Shown here: positions 12,322-25,162 of the stretch, in pieces
Layout of the letters: every line of letters starts with the position of its first letter
How positions within the stretch are numbered: position 1 is the stretch's first letter
Assembly: GCA_030390025.1 (NCBI GenBank)
Contig: CM059432.1
Coordinates: 52,392,001 to 52,456,000 of the forward strand
From: Squalus acanthias
Lineage: Eukaryota
Length of the DNA stretch: 64,000 nt
Direction: 5' to 3'
Position numbers and translations under genes: made by a program
Notes under the pieces: generated by a model
What the model was told of the DNA's origin: nothing
What the model saw: only the letters and a program-made list of their open reading frames with translations
The model's database searches: none

Positions 12322-13564
12322 ATAGTGAATAAGCTTTGTTATTACAGAGGCTTTTCACTGTAAGTCTTTTTAGGAGTATATCTCTCTAGAAAGTACCCGG
12401 ATAAGTATTTTGAAAGGGCAATGTTGTACTGGAATTGGGAGATTTCTTTACAATACTGGATGTCAGAGCCGGCATAGGTGATCCATGATTCCTCCCTGAA
12501 TAGACCAAGAGATGTGAAAAGTTCACTGGAGACCCTGAACAGCTGAATATCGATACGAGTAAATGCAGATGTACAAATTCCTTCAGAAACAGGAAAAAGT
12601 CACTCGGTCTCCTTTAATTGAAAATGTAACAAGTACACAGCTGTCACTTCAGAGGAACAGAATGCATATTCAATACGGATGTTTGTAACAATACCAATAA
12701 ACATTTACAAAGCCCAAATATCATTTCATTTCCAGGTTACTGACACAACTGCAAGCGCTTATTAGTAAGATTTGAAAATCTGGTGTCCAACTGTACGTCT
12801 TGCGTTACACAACTGACCGACAATAATGGATCAGGCCTTTAGGTGCAGTACAAATCCCCCAGACTATTTGGAACCATATGCTGTTCTGTACACATTATGT
12901 GCCAGAACTCACTGACCTGCTCCGGTTGAGTGCTGGCATCTAACGTGTATAGAACAGGCATTCAATCTGCTGATGTGTTTCTGCAGCAATGACCATGAGC
13001 CATCTCACTGGACTGGGCATACTCTGCATAGTTATTGAAGGCTTTCTCCCGAGTCTACGTGCTGGCAACGGCTGCACGCACAGGTGTGCTTTGGAGAGGG
13101 CGGTACCAGCAGTGGTGACATCCAAAATCTCTGAGAGTGCGACAATTCGGCGTTGCATGCTGATTGACGTCACACACTTGACCAGTAAAATATTTGAGGT
13201 GAACGCAGGCAACAGCAGCGCTGCCGACATGCCCAATATGGCGGCTGCCGCGTTCCGTGCCGGTAGTGGGCACAAGCGAGGCGGCTGCCAGTTTTTCTTC
13301 AAAGCTGGATAATGCTCTGGACCGGCAGCAACTTGAATACTGGGTTTAATTCTGGTCACTAAAATCAAAGAAAACATCAAAGCTTTGGAATTGGTTCAAA
13401 GAAGGGTCTTGAGTTTGATCCCAAGTATAGGAGAGTTGAGTTATGAGGAAAGATTAGAAAAACTTTGATCTTCAGATTTCAAAGGAGGCAAGAGAGAAGG
13501 AATCTTGGAGAGGCACTTAAGATAGTAAGTGGAATAGAAAACATTAATTCGAACATTATGCCTA

Positions 13565-13645
13565 CTTAAGCACCTTGGGACGCTTTACTACGTTAAAGAT
13601 GCTATATAAATGCAAGTTGTTGTTGTTGTTGTTGTTGTTGTTGTT
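13565..13645 (+). repeat. L2-type 3' tail with (GTT)n microsatellite
   Basis: CCTTGGGACG..TTACTACGTTAAAG.TGCTATATAAATGCAAG followed by (TTG)n; same tail as at 45400-45455. Confidence 0.7.
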
Positions 13646-13714
13646 AAACCATAATTCAAAAAAGGGGAGAAGGATAAACCTGGCAATTACAGGCCCGTCA
13701 GTTTAATGTCAGGG

Positions 13715-15880
13715 AGGTGCTGCCGAAGAAGCCTTGGCGAGTTGCTGCAGTGCATCTTGTAGACGGTACACATTGCAGCCACGGTACGCGGTGGTGGAGG
13801 GAGTGAATGTTTAAGGTGGTGGATGGAGTGCCAATCTAGGGCTCCTTCATATCACACTCAGTCAAATGCTGCCTTGATGTCAAGGGCAGTCACGCTCACC
13901 TCACCTCTGGAATTCAGCTCCTTTGTCCATGTTTGGACCAAGGCTGTAATGAGATCGGGAGCTGAGTGGTCTTGGCGGAACCCAAACTGGGCATCAGTGA
14001 GCAGGTTATTTGTGAGTAAGTGCCGCTTGATAGCACTGTCAACGACACCTTCCATCACTTTGCTGATGATTGAGAGTAGACTGATGGGGTGGTAATTGGC
14101 CGGGTTGGATTTGTCCTGCTTTTTGTGGACAGGACATAGCTGGGCAGTTTTCCACATTGTTGGATAGATGCCAGTATTGTAGCTGTACTGGAACAGCTTG
14201 TCTAGAGGCGTGGCTAGTTCTGGAGCACAAGTCTTCAGCACGATAGCCGGGATGTTGTCGGGGCCCATAGCCTTTGCTGTATCCAGTGCGCTCAGCCATT
14301 TCTTGATATCACGTGGAGTGAATCAAATTGGCTGACGATTGGCTTCTGTGATGGTGGGAACCTCAGGAGTAGGCCGATATGGATCATCTACTCGGCACTG
14401 CTGGCTGAAGATGGTTGCAAACGCTTCAGCCTTGTCTTTTGCACTCACATTCTGGGCTCCACCATCATTGAGGATGGGGATATTCATGGAGCCTCCTCTT
14501 CCCGTTAGTTATTTAATGGTCCACCACCATTCACGACTGGGTGTGGCAGGACTGCAGAGCTTTGATCTGATCTGTTGATTGTGGGATCGCTTAGCCCTGT
14601 CTATAGCATGCTGCTTCTGCTTTTTAGCATGCATGTAGTCCTGTGTTGCAGCTTCCCCAGGTTGGCACCTCATTTTTAGGTACGCCTGGTGCTGCTCCTG
14701 GCATGCTCTTCTGCACTCCTTATTGAACCAGGGTTGGTCCCCTGGCTTGATGGTAATGGTAGAGTGAGGGATATGCCGGACCATGAGGTTACAGATTGTG
14801 GTGGAATACAATTCTGCTGCTGCTGATGGCCCACAGCGCCTCATGGATGCCCAGTTTTGAGCTGCTAGGTCTGTCCTGAATCTATCCCATTTAGCACGGT
14901 GGTAGTGCCACACAACACGATGGAGGGTGTCCTCAGTGTGAAGATGGGACTTCATCTCCACAATGAGTGTGCGGTGGTCACTGCTACCAATGCTGTCATG
15001 GACAGATTCATCTGCGACATGTAGATTGGTGAGGACAAGGTCAAGTAGGTTTTTCCCTCGCCGGCCCAGTCTGGCAGTTATGTCCTTCAGGACTCGGCCA
15101 GCTCGGTCAGTAGTGGTGCTACCGAGCCACATTGGATAGACATTGAAGTCCCCCACCCAGAGTACATTCTGTGCCCTTGCTACTCTCAGTGCTTCTTCCA
15201 AGTGGTGTTCAACTTAGCGGAGTACTGATTCATCAGCTGAGGGAGGGCAGTAGGTGGTAATCAGCAGGAGGTTTACTTGCCCATGCTTGACCTGAAGCCA
15301 TGAGACTTCATGGCGTCCGGAGTCAATGTTGATGACTCCCAGGGCCACTCCTTCCCGACTGTATACCACTGTGCTGCCACCCCTGGTGGAGGAGTTTGGG
15401 ACATTGGCTGAAAGGTATGATTCTGTGAGTATGACTATGTCAGGCTGTTGCTTCCAATTTTGGCACAAGTCCCCAGATGTTGGTGAGGAGGACTTTGCAG
15501 GTGCCGAGATCGATGCCGGGTGGTCCGTCCGGTTTCATTCTTATTGTGTTTCGTAGCGGTTTGTTACAACTGAGTGGCTTGCTAGGCCATTTCAGAGGGC
15601 AGTTAAGAGTCAACCACATTGCTGTGGGTCTGGAGTCACATATAGGCCAGACCAGGTAAGGATGGCAGATTTCTTTCCCTAAAGGACATTAGTGAACCAG
15701 ATGGGTTTTTATGACAATCCAATAGTTACCATTACTGATTCTAGCTTTTTATTCCAGATTTATTTAATTAACTGAATTTAAATTCCCCAGCTGCCGTGGT
15801 GGGATTTGAACTCACGTCTCTGGATCATTAGTCAGGCCTCTGGATTACTAGTGACATTACCACTACGCTACCGTTCCCGT
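13715..15880 (-). mobile_element. CR1/L2-group LINE with APE endonuclease and RT remnants and a tRNA-like 5' head
   Basis: ORFs 15214-15468 (PDIVILTESYL), 14509-15201 (VGDFNV, LDLVL, SDH) and 13858-14268 (GPDNIP...PISLLS...QFGFR...LDIKAAFD). Contains frameshifts and deletions. Confidence 0.88.
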
Positions 15881-15881
15881 T

Positions 15882-17760
15882 AAGGGCAGTTGATGTTGTG
15901 TATATGGACTTTCAAAAGGCGTTGGATAAAGTACCACATACTAGGCTTGTTTGCAAAATTGAAGCCCGTGGGATAAAAGGGGCAGTAGCAGCATGGAAAC
16001 AAAATTGGCTAAGGGATAGGAAACAAAGAGTTGTGGTGAATGGTTGTTTTTCAAACTGGAGGGATGTATACAGTGGCATTCCCCAGGGTTCAATACGAGG
16101 ACCACTGCTGTTTTGATATACATTATTGACTTGGACTTGGGGGTACAGGGAACAATTTCAAAATTTGCAGATGACACAAAACTTGGAAGTGTAGTAAACA
16201 TTGAAGGAAGAGAGTAATAGATTTCAGGAGGACATAGACAGACTGGTGAAATGGGCAGACACATGGCAGATGAAGTTTAATGCAGAAAAGAACATAAGAA
16301 CATAAGAAATAAGAGTAGGAGTAGGCCATTTGGCCCCTCGAGCCTGCTCTGCCATTCAATAAGATCATGGCTGATCTGATCTTGGCCTCAACTCCACTTT
16401 TCTGCCTGTTCCCCATAACCCTTGACTCCCCTGTAGTTCAAAAATCTGTCTATCTCAGCCTTGAATATATTCAATGACTCAGCCTCCACAGCTCTCTGGG
16501 GTAGAGAATTCCAAAGATTCATGACCCTCTGTGAGAAGAAATTCCTCTCATCTCCATCTTAAATGGGCGACCCCTTATTCTGAAACTATGCCCCCTAGTT
16601 CTGGATTCCCCCACGAGGGGAAACATCCTCTCAGCATCTACTCTGTCAAGCCCCCTCAGAATCTTATATGTTTGAATAAGATCACCTCTCATTCTTCTAA
16701 ACTCCAATGAGTATCGGCCCAACCTGCTCAACCTTTCCTCATACGTCAACCCCTTCATCCCAGGAATCAACCTAGTGAACCTTCTCTGAACTGCCTCCAA
16801 TGCAAGTATATCCCTCCTTAAATAAGGAGACCAAAACTGTACGCAGTACTCTAGGTGTGGTCTAACCAACGCCCTGTACAGTTATAGTAAGACTTCCCTA
16901 CTTTTATACTCCATCCCCCTTGCAATAAAGGCCAACATTCCATTTGCCTTCCTAATTAAAGTGTGACATCATACATTTTGGCAGGAAGAATGAGGAGAGC
17001 TAATATGAACTAAATGGTACAATTTTAAAGTGGGTGCAAGAATAGAGAAACCTGGGGTTGTTTGTGCACAAATCTTTGAAGGTGGCAGGACAGGTTAACA
17101 AAGCAGTTAATAAAGCATATGGGATCCTGGGCTTTATAAATAGAGGCATAGCGTACAAGAGCAAGGAAGTTATGCTAAACGTCTAGATAATACTAGTTCG
17201 GCCCCAGCTGGAGTATTGTGTTCAATTCTGGCACCATAATTTAGGAAGGACATGAAGGCTTTGGAGAGATTACAGAAGAGATTTACGAGAATGGTTCCAG
17301 GGATGAGGGATTATAGTTATGTGGATAGACTGGAGAAGCTGGGGTTGTTCTCCTTAGAGCAGAGAAGACTAAGAAGAGATTTGATAGAGGTGTTTAAAAT
17401 CATGAAGGGTTTAGATAGAGTAGATAAAGAGAAACTGTTTCTAATGGCGGAAGGGTCGATAACCTGAGGGCACAGATCTAGGGTGATTGGCAAAAGAACC
17501 AGAGGCAACATGAGGAAAAACTTTTTTATCCAACAAGTGGGTATGATCTGGAATGCAGGGTGTAATAGGGTGGTGGAAACAGATTCAATAGTAGCTTTCA
17601 AAAGGGAATTGGATAAATACCTGAAAAAGAAAAAAATTGCAGGGATATGGGGAAAGAGCGGGGAAGTGGGACTTACTGGATTGATCTTCGAAAGAGCTGG
17701 CGCAGAATCGATGGGCCGAATGGCTTCCTTCTGTGCTGTACTATTCTATGATTCTATGAT
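15882..17760 (+). mobile_element. CR1 LINE 3' half (RT to 3' tail), interrupted by an antisense CR1
   Basis: YMDFQKALDKVPH...PQGS..GPLLF, KFADDTKLG and LERLQKRFTRMVPG; ends in ATTCTATG repeats. Confidence 0.9.
16290..16957 (-). mobile_element. CR1 LINE 3' fragment nested in another CR1
   Basis: LVRPHLEYCVQFWSP...RTRGHS ORF (16519-16869); TTCTTATG tail on the - strand. Confidence 0.9.
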
Positions 17761-18435
17761 TGCATGGCAAGGGGAAAAAGGTACAGACCGTTAAAGGCAA
17801 ATTCAGGACTGACGTCAGAAAACTCTTCTTCACATAAAGAGTAATTAATATTTGGAATGGTAACCTGGGTGGGGTAGTGTAGGCACAAACTTTGGAATCC
17901 TTCAAAAGACAGTTGGATGCTGTCATTGGATAGGAGAGTTACAGTGAGGCCCATCACCGCCTCTCTTCCTTGATCTTAATTTTCCTTCCCCCATCCCCAC
18001 TGGGAATGCTGCTGACCTTCCCTTGTGTGCCCACTGCATGTAAATGCTGGCGAGAGCCAGGACCTTGGTTCCCACCCAATTTTCCCTATTGGTGATGTTG
18101 TCTTCACCAACCGCAAGGACTGCCAGGAACAAGTGGCAGTAGTCCTCTGGGGTAGCGGTGGCAATCCCCCTAGGTCACTGGGACAAGAGATGAGGTATAG
18201 TTGTGGTATGCCTCTCCTGCTGACCCTTTAAGAGTATGCAGGATCAGGGCAAGGTTCCTCAATTTAAGATTTGCTGATGAGAGCCTGTGCCACTATGGGA
18301 GTATTTTGGTTGCACACCTGAAGTGGGAGGAAAATGCAATATTAGAAAGCCATTGATGGGCCGCAAACAGCAATGGTCCAGCAAAGGTCAAGTGGAGCCC
18401 CTAAAGACTGCCTTTATATGGGGGCTGAAAATATC

Positions 18436-18909
18436 TCATAAGAACATAAGAAATAGGAGCAGGAGTAGACCAATCGGCCCCTCGAGCCTGCTCCGCCATT
18501 CAATGAGATCATGGCTGATCTGATCCAACCTCAACTCTAAAGAACACAAGAAGTAGGAGCAGGACCAGGCCACTCGGCCCCTGGGCCCGCTCCGCCACCC
18601 ACAGGGCCTTGACCGATCCGAACTCAAACTCATGTCCAATTTCCAGCCCGCTCCCCGTAACCCCTAATTCCCTTTACTTTTAGGAAACGGTCTATTTCTG
18701 TTTTAAATTTATTTAATGAAGTAGCTTCCACAGCTTCCTGGGGTAGCAAATTCCACAGACCCACTACCCTCTGAGTGAAAAAGTTTCTCCTCATCTCAGT
18801 TTTGAAAGAGCAGCCCCTTATTCTAAGATTATGTCCCCTAGTTCTAGTTTCACCCATCATTGGGAACATCCTCACCGCGTCCACCCGATCAAGCCCCTTC
18901 ACAATCTTA
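18436..18909 (-). mobile_element. CR1 LINE 3' fragment with doubled 3' tail
   Basis: ORF 18630-18902 (RMFP..ETRTRGHNL..RRNFFTQRVV) followed by two tandem 3'-tail modules. Confidence 0.88.
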
Positions 18910-19618
18910 ATATGAAGCTAAATCTTCAGAGGTCTCGGCTAAGTCCCTGCCCTGGACCCCCAAGCTGGTTCAATTCTTTTGGCGAGTAGGCCAGTATGCC
19001 TCTTCTCACTCAAGAGTGCTGGTCCGCTGTTGGATTCCCAGGCCAGGCCCAGCATGGGAGTACCCTCGCCCAGCGATGCTCCCTCTAACCTGGTGACCAT
19101 GTTTGGGGTGGGTAGCGGCCTTGCTAAAATTAGGAGTGCAGGCTGGGACCGGCATATCTGGGACCCAGACTATTTCCTGGGTTTTCTGCTGCACTCCCAC
19201 CCGACTTATGTGCTGGAAGAGCCATGGCCTTTATTTTTATTTTTTCTAAAAAGTCTGCATTTATTGTGTCTGTATGATTGTGTGTCTCAATTTTAAGTGG
19301 AAAAGTTGGGTGTGCTAGTGAATGGAAAATGTTATCCAGTCACTACTTTAAACTTCCTGAGATCAATTATGGCACCAATCAGATGAAATACAGAGGAGCT
19401 CTACCTACATTGTATTTATAATGTGCCGAAATACCAACTGCAGGTCATCATCCTTTAATGCAGCATTGTGACATCTACCATGTGAGTCTTTTAATCTTTC
19501 CAATGGAAAAATAAATCTGGCAAATTTGAAGGTGGCATTTTGCCATGGGCTGATGCCCATTAGGATTTGAGTTGGCATCATTCCAAACTAATTTCACTTT
19601 GTATCCTTAAAAGTCATG

Positions 19619-21904
19619 GGCCTAGAAATTCGGGGTTGACACAAAAGCTGCCGGTGCGTCGGCCGTCGAAAATGGTGGCACTGGCAGGACCGAAAATTGG
19701 CGCTGGGGACTAATTATCAAAGCCCAGCACTAAACTCACAGTGTAACGCCGTCCTGGTGGCGTTGGTCCCGGCAAGAGGCTCCAATGTGGCGTGGCCAAG
19801 CGGCGTTGCTGCTTCAACAGCCTCTAAAAGCGAGGCTGTGATTTCACAAAGCATTGTGGGATTCTTAAAAGGGCAATGCATTGTTGTTTTCTTAAAGGGG
19901 CAGTGCCTTCTGAAATGGAAAAAATAAAAATGATGTAAAAATATGCAGTTTTCAGCCCTTACAGCTCAACTGCCTTCTGAAAAACAAATTAGCATTAAAC
20001 AGAATTCCCAAATGGGAGTCTTCAGCTCTTAAAGCTGAATTTCGTTCTGCAACTAAAATAATCAGAAAGCTGCTTCAGCACTAACACAAATGGCTCAGCA
20101 AGCCAGGGAAGGGGCACCTAGGGTCTCGCACACAGCACTCCAGCCTAGTGCAGGGTGTCAACACTGCAAGAGAGTTTTCCTACCCACAGGGATCAGGAGG
20201 CCCTCCAGAAAGAATGATGTGGGACCACATCACCGGGGCCATCACTGCCAGCAGTGTCGCCCCCACCACCTGGCTCCAGTGCCCAAAGAAGCTTTATGAC
20301 CTCAGACCAGTGGTCAAGGTCAGTGAATGCATCTTCAAAAGCCGTCTCCTACCAGCTGCATTACTAGCCTCACACACTGCTCAATGCACGACTTGCCACT
20401 CCTGGCCCAATCACTCACCTATCAACAATCTGTACCAATCATGAGGCACACCTCCCATTCCTAGCTTTACCTCACCCCCTTGGAGGAGACGATGCTGGCC
20501 ATTCTTGGTAGGGGCATGGCTGAGTCCTTGGCCAGCAGCGGGATTGAAAGAATACAAGATGATGGTATCCTCATATGTTATCCTCCTTCTCACATGCACC
20601 TCTTGCTTTCCCGCCCTCCCCTCACCACAACTCCACCCTTATGCCTACCTCATTTCACACAGCCAAGAAATGCAGCCTACCCAGCCAGTGGTTGACCAAG
20701 AAGAGAGAGAGGAGAGTGAAGAAGAAGAAGAAACACCATCACTCGATTTGACACTCCCAGCCACCAGCTCCTCAAGGTCGACCAGCAAGGCCATTTGCAG
20801 TGTCCCCCAATGAAAGTCAGCAACCTTCCACCAGCCATGCTGCAGCCACTGAGGGCAGCACTGTGTGACATCACTAGGATAGGCAAAGGCACACACAAGT
20901 CAGTCACTAAGGGAATGCATAAGGGTGATGAGTTGATTTTTTGATGTCATATTGGATGGATAGATGTATAAAGTTGGATTGAAAAGTTTACTTTGTGGTG
21001 GCTTTTATTTCACCTGATATTTCAGCATTGTGGCCAAGAGGACGCTGTGATGGTCATTAACAGAGGGAAGATAAGGTGCAGGAGAAATGTTGAAAGGGGA
21101 ATTGGGGTTGTGGTCACTGGGACTGCAGGCGGATGATTCCATCCCAGATATCCCAGCCAGAAAGGGGCTGTCTGGGTTGCATCCTTCCTTCTGCTTCCTT
21201 CTCTTCTGCTTCCTTGTCTTCTGCTTCCACCTCTTCTGCTTCTTCCTCTTCTGCGTCTTCCTCTTCCCTCTGTGAGTGGATACTGGAAATCTGAAATAAA
21301 AACATAAAATGCTGGAAATACCAGCAGGTCAGGCAGCATCTCGACCTGAAACGTTAACTCTGTTTCTCTCTCCACGGATGCTGCCTGACCTGCTGAGTAT
21401 TTCCAGCATTTTCGGTCTTCTCAGAGGTCTTCCTTTACCATCACAGGCCTTGCAAGCATCAAGCAGCACTCCCTGCCCTCCCTGCACACTTCAAAAACTT
21501 TTAACATGTATTTCACCAAGCCACTACTTCAATAAAAAAAAATCCAGTCCAAAAGCTTAAATCCAAACTTACCTGAAAGATGTGTGTGTCCCTTTAAGAG
21601 GTGCTGACGGCGTCTCTGTCAGTCTGCTGAACGCTGGGTTTTCATAGCACGCTTTAGGACCCAGCTCTGAACTCACCATTAAGGTCCAAGTTTGCTGAAA
21701 TGATGGTAAGTCGGCATTACACACTGACTGCCGACACCCTCTCTTAATTTACATTTCCAGGGTCAGCATCGGCAGCGCTAAGGCCTCACCAAAATGGCAG
21801 CCGCCAAGTCCCATGCCAGAGAAGGGCACCTAGAGTGGCGGCCGCCATTTTTAGATCGGATTGCGGTGAAAACGCATGGACGTAAGTGGGCCAATTTCTA
21901 GGCC
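19619..21904 (+). mobile_element. Non-autonomous Harbinger element with decayed Myb/SANT-like gene
   Basis: Perfect TIRs GGCCTAGAAATT / AATTTCTAGGCC and TSD ATG. Remnant Myb-like coding (WDHITGAITASSVAPTTWLQCPKKLYDL) and an acidic exon; homologous to 52204-54340. Confidence 0.88.
21280..21412. repeat. Penelope terminal-repeat-derived inverted (hairpin) insertion
   Basis: AAAATGCTGGAAATA.CAGCAGGTCAGGCAGCATC ... GATGCTGCCTGACCTGCTGAGTATTTCCAGCATTTT; same family as 61425-61838; absent from the homologous element at 52.7 kb. Confidence 0.75.
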
Positions 21905-22094
21905 ATGACTTTTAGTCCATCTGTTGAGCTAGAAAAACCGAGAAAAGATATAAAAAGGACACTGACCTGCTGGATCGCGAGATCTATGTGCATAGTACTA
22001 CTTGGATTGCCAGGAGAGGTTCCAGCTTCCAGATCCCCTCTTTCTCACTTTTTTTTTTGCCTTACTTACATTCACTAAGCTTTATCTGCTTATC

Positions 22095-22860
22095 ATGGGT
22101 GCTGTTATTGCCAGTTTCATTTGGATGGAGGAACACTTGGAGGAAGAGCAGCAGTAGCTGCACCTATTAAAAAACAACAGGTGAGGGGACTGCTGCAAAG
22201 AGGCCATACAAGGTGTACAGGCCCAGAGGCAGTTTCTTGGATCTATCTGAAGAGCAGTGCATCAGGAGGCTGTGGGTTCCCAGGCAGGCTGTTGCAAACC
22301 GCTGCAGCCTCCCGCAACAGGACCTACTGCCTGCTGGACCGGGGTTCATGCTTTGCCAATGGCTGTTAAAGTCACCACAACCCTTAACTGGCCCGTTCCA
22401 GTCTGCTACAGGGACATCAGCCGCATGTCCCAGTCTGCAGTGCACAGCTGCATTAAGCAGATCACCGACGCTCTGTTCGCTAGGACTAACCAGTACATCA
22501 CCTTCCTCATTGACCTCAACACGAGAGAGCTTGGGGATTTGCAACAATGGCTGCCTTCCCTCGTGTCCAGGGCCTGATTGACCGCACACGTGTTTCTATC
22601 AGTGCACCAGAACACCAGCCAGCAGAATTTGTGAATAGAAAAGGCTGCTATTCCATTAATTTCCAGGTAGTGTCCGATCATAGAAACAGAATAATGTAAG
22701 TTTGTACCCAGGCAACTGTCCCTATGCATTTATCCTGCAACAGTCTACCATCCCCTCAATATTTGGCCTTTATAGGAACGTGGCAGATGGCTGCTGGTGG
22801 ACAAGGGATATCCCCTACACATATGGCTCATAATACCCCTACACAACCTACCCCGCCTGA
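22095..22860 (+). pseudogene. Degenerate Harbinger (HARBI1-like) transposase
   Basis: Frameshifted segments LSEEQCIRRL, ALPMAVKVTTTLN, DISRMSQSAVHSCIKQITDALF, IDRTRV and DKGYPL, colinear with the intact transposase. Confidence 0.85.
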
Positions 22861-23810
22861 GCGGTTGAGGCCGCTAGGGGTGAAGAAGCAGACGTGCTGA
22901 CCACTTGAGAGACGGCAACATGTACTGCTCCCATTGTGCCTCTACCACTCCTGTGAGGCTGGGATTCATCACTTCCACTGATCTGTGGGTGAGCATACTG
23001 CAGAAGATGAGTGACTCCTTGGCAGGCTTTCCAATACCTCATAAAACTACATGTCTGAGGCCAGCAGTTTTCTTTGGCTGGGCCCCGATAGTCCTCATCT
23101 CTGTCCTGCTCAGCAGATATGGGAGAGGACCTCATCCTCTGACGAGCTGTCTCCTGGGCTGTCACTACCGCCAGTACCTGCTGCAATTCACTTGTGCTGG
23201 GTGTTTCACCACATTTAGACCTCTGCCTCACTATCTAACCCACGCGGAGTGACTGACAATCCCTGTGCTGGTGCGTGGGAGAGATGAAGCGTGTGACGGT
23301 ACATCTTCAGGAGGATTGTCCTTCTCCGAGATATCTTCTTCACAAGGCTCTTGATGCTGAGAAGGGCCTAGAGGAAAGAGAAATAGAAAAAGAGTTAGGA
23401 TGGCACTGAGAGGCTGAACATTAGCAGGAGACAATCTTGAGAATGCAGCTTGAAGTTGTGAAGGTTGCTGAATATTTGCTGAGGTTAATGAAGGGTTCTA
23501 AGTAATATGCAGACACCCAGCTCAGGTAATCCGCCAGCCTCGCTTTCCCCGATGCTCATGGCTTTGCCTGAGCCATTAAGCTCCAGGACTTCTTGCTCTG
23601 CTTGGGTGAGAGCTATAATGTTGGGTTCTCCTCCCCCGGGCCTGGTCCTCTCCCTGGCATTATGCACTGCTTTGTTCTGCAGAAAGACAAGGGGAGAGTT
23701 AGTGAGTGGCTGTTGAAAAGGTAAGTGGAGACGGGTAGGTTTTGTGCATATCGTGCATTTGGTGGGAGCTGAAGAAGAAGCTAGATGGAATGAGGATGGA
23801 GAGGTCATTG
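22860..23810 (-). pseudogene. Remnant Harbinger Myb-like partner gene exons (another family)
   Basis: Exon-2-like peptide NKAVHNARERTRPGGGEPNIIALTQAEQEVLEL after a CAG acceptor, homologous to AKLAHNRRQQQRSGGGRP. Confidence 0.6.
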
Positions 23811-25162
23811 AACCCCTTCCTACGCTAAAGACAAGTCTTGGCTAGATTTGTGGCAGTATGCTGGATGCTGCACAATCTGGTCATTTTGAGGGAACAGCCC
23901 TTGCCACCACCTGTCAGGCGGCTGCAGCATGGGTGGTGGAAGGCTGCTGACCTTCAATTGAGGAGACGGCAGATAGCCTTGGAGGATGACCTCGTGCAGC
24001 TCTGGGCCGAGAGGGGCCGGCTTCTGGGCTGGCTGGTTGACAGGCAACAACAAGGGAACTGGTGGAATGGTAGGGGTGAGAGCAGGAATGCTGTCATCTC
24101 AGAGAGGACAGGAGGTTCCTGTTCCATGGAGCCACTGCCACTCTCCTGGGGCAGCACCTCAGAAATCCTACTGATCTATTGGAGAACAAATAGATGGACT
24201 GCTGTGATGCCCTAGAAGCCCCTTCAAACAGTGGTATCCAGAGCCATGATGACAGCAGTCTGAGCTTGCAAGGCCGCAGTCTGAGATTCCAATGCAGCAC
24301 TCAGACCTTTGATGGAAGCTGTTTGTGCTGCAATGGAAGCTGAGATATCGGCCATCAGACGCTGCATCATGGTGGGTTTGACAGGTGTACTGATGGAAAT
24401 GACCGCCCGTTCCATGTTGGAACGGATAGGCTCCAAGCTCTGCACAAAGCCCTGAGCCAAGTTGGAGCTGGACTCTTCCATGCTACTTGACATTGAGCGC
24501 AGGCTTTCTGGCAAGCTTTCCAGTGCGCCAAGCATTTGGTTATGTACACCCATCACCCTTCGTCTGTAGCCTGGCCCATCGAAGTCCTCATCTGACTCCT
24601 CTGCAGCAAAACTAGTTTGCAACCTCGCCCTCCGGCGAGCTGGCACCTGTGCTATCCTTTCCCCCAGCCCTGGCTTCTGTGCACTTGTGCCCAGTGTCTC
24701 ACCACATGCAGATCCTTCCTCTATCCTAGCCTCAAAAATACATGCAGTGTCAGGCTCTGAGCTGGTAGCTGCAAGTGTAATATCGAGTGACGGTGTCTCG
24801 TCATCATCACCATCTTCTTCCTCTTCCCGCTCTGACTGGGAAGGTTCAAGTTCTTGGGTATCTGAAATAAAAAATGGACAAGAGTTGGGTTGTCGTGAGG
24901 GGAGAAGAGAAAGTAAGAAGTGTATGCTTACACCATCTTCAGCTTGTAAGTGAGAAGAGATTGTGGGATGAGGGAGAAGTGGGAAGAGAGAAAGAGAATT
25001 AGGAATGCAGATACCCTCATCATCGATCCCTGCAGTGCCGCCAGTGGCCACGGCCTCAGTGATGCTCCTTCCCATGATGCCAGCACTGTCTCCTCCATGG
25101 GGGTTAAAACGTGCAGGCACGCTTGTCCTCCCTCAGTTCTTTCCTGCTGCCTCCTGTTATGT

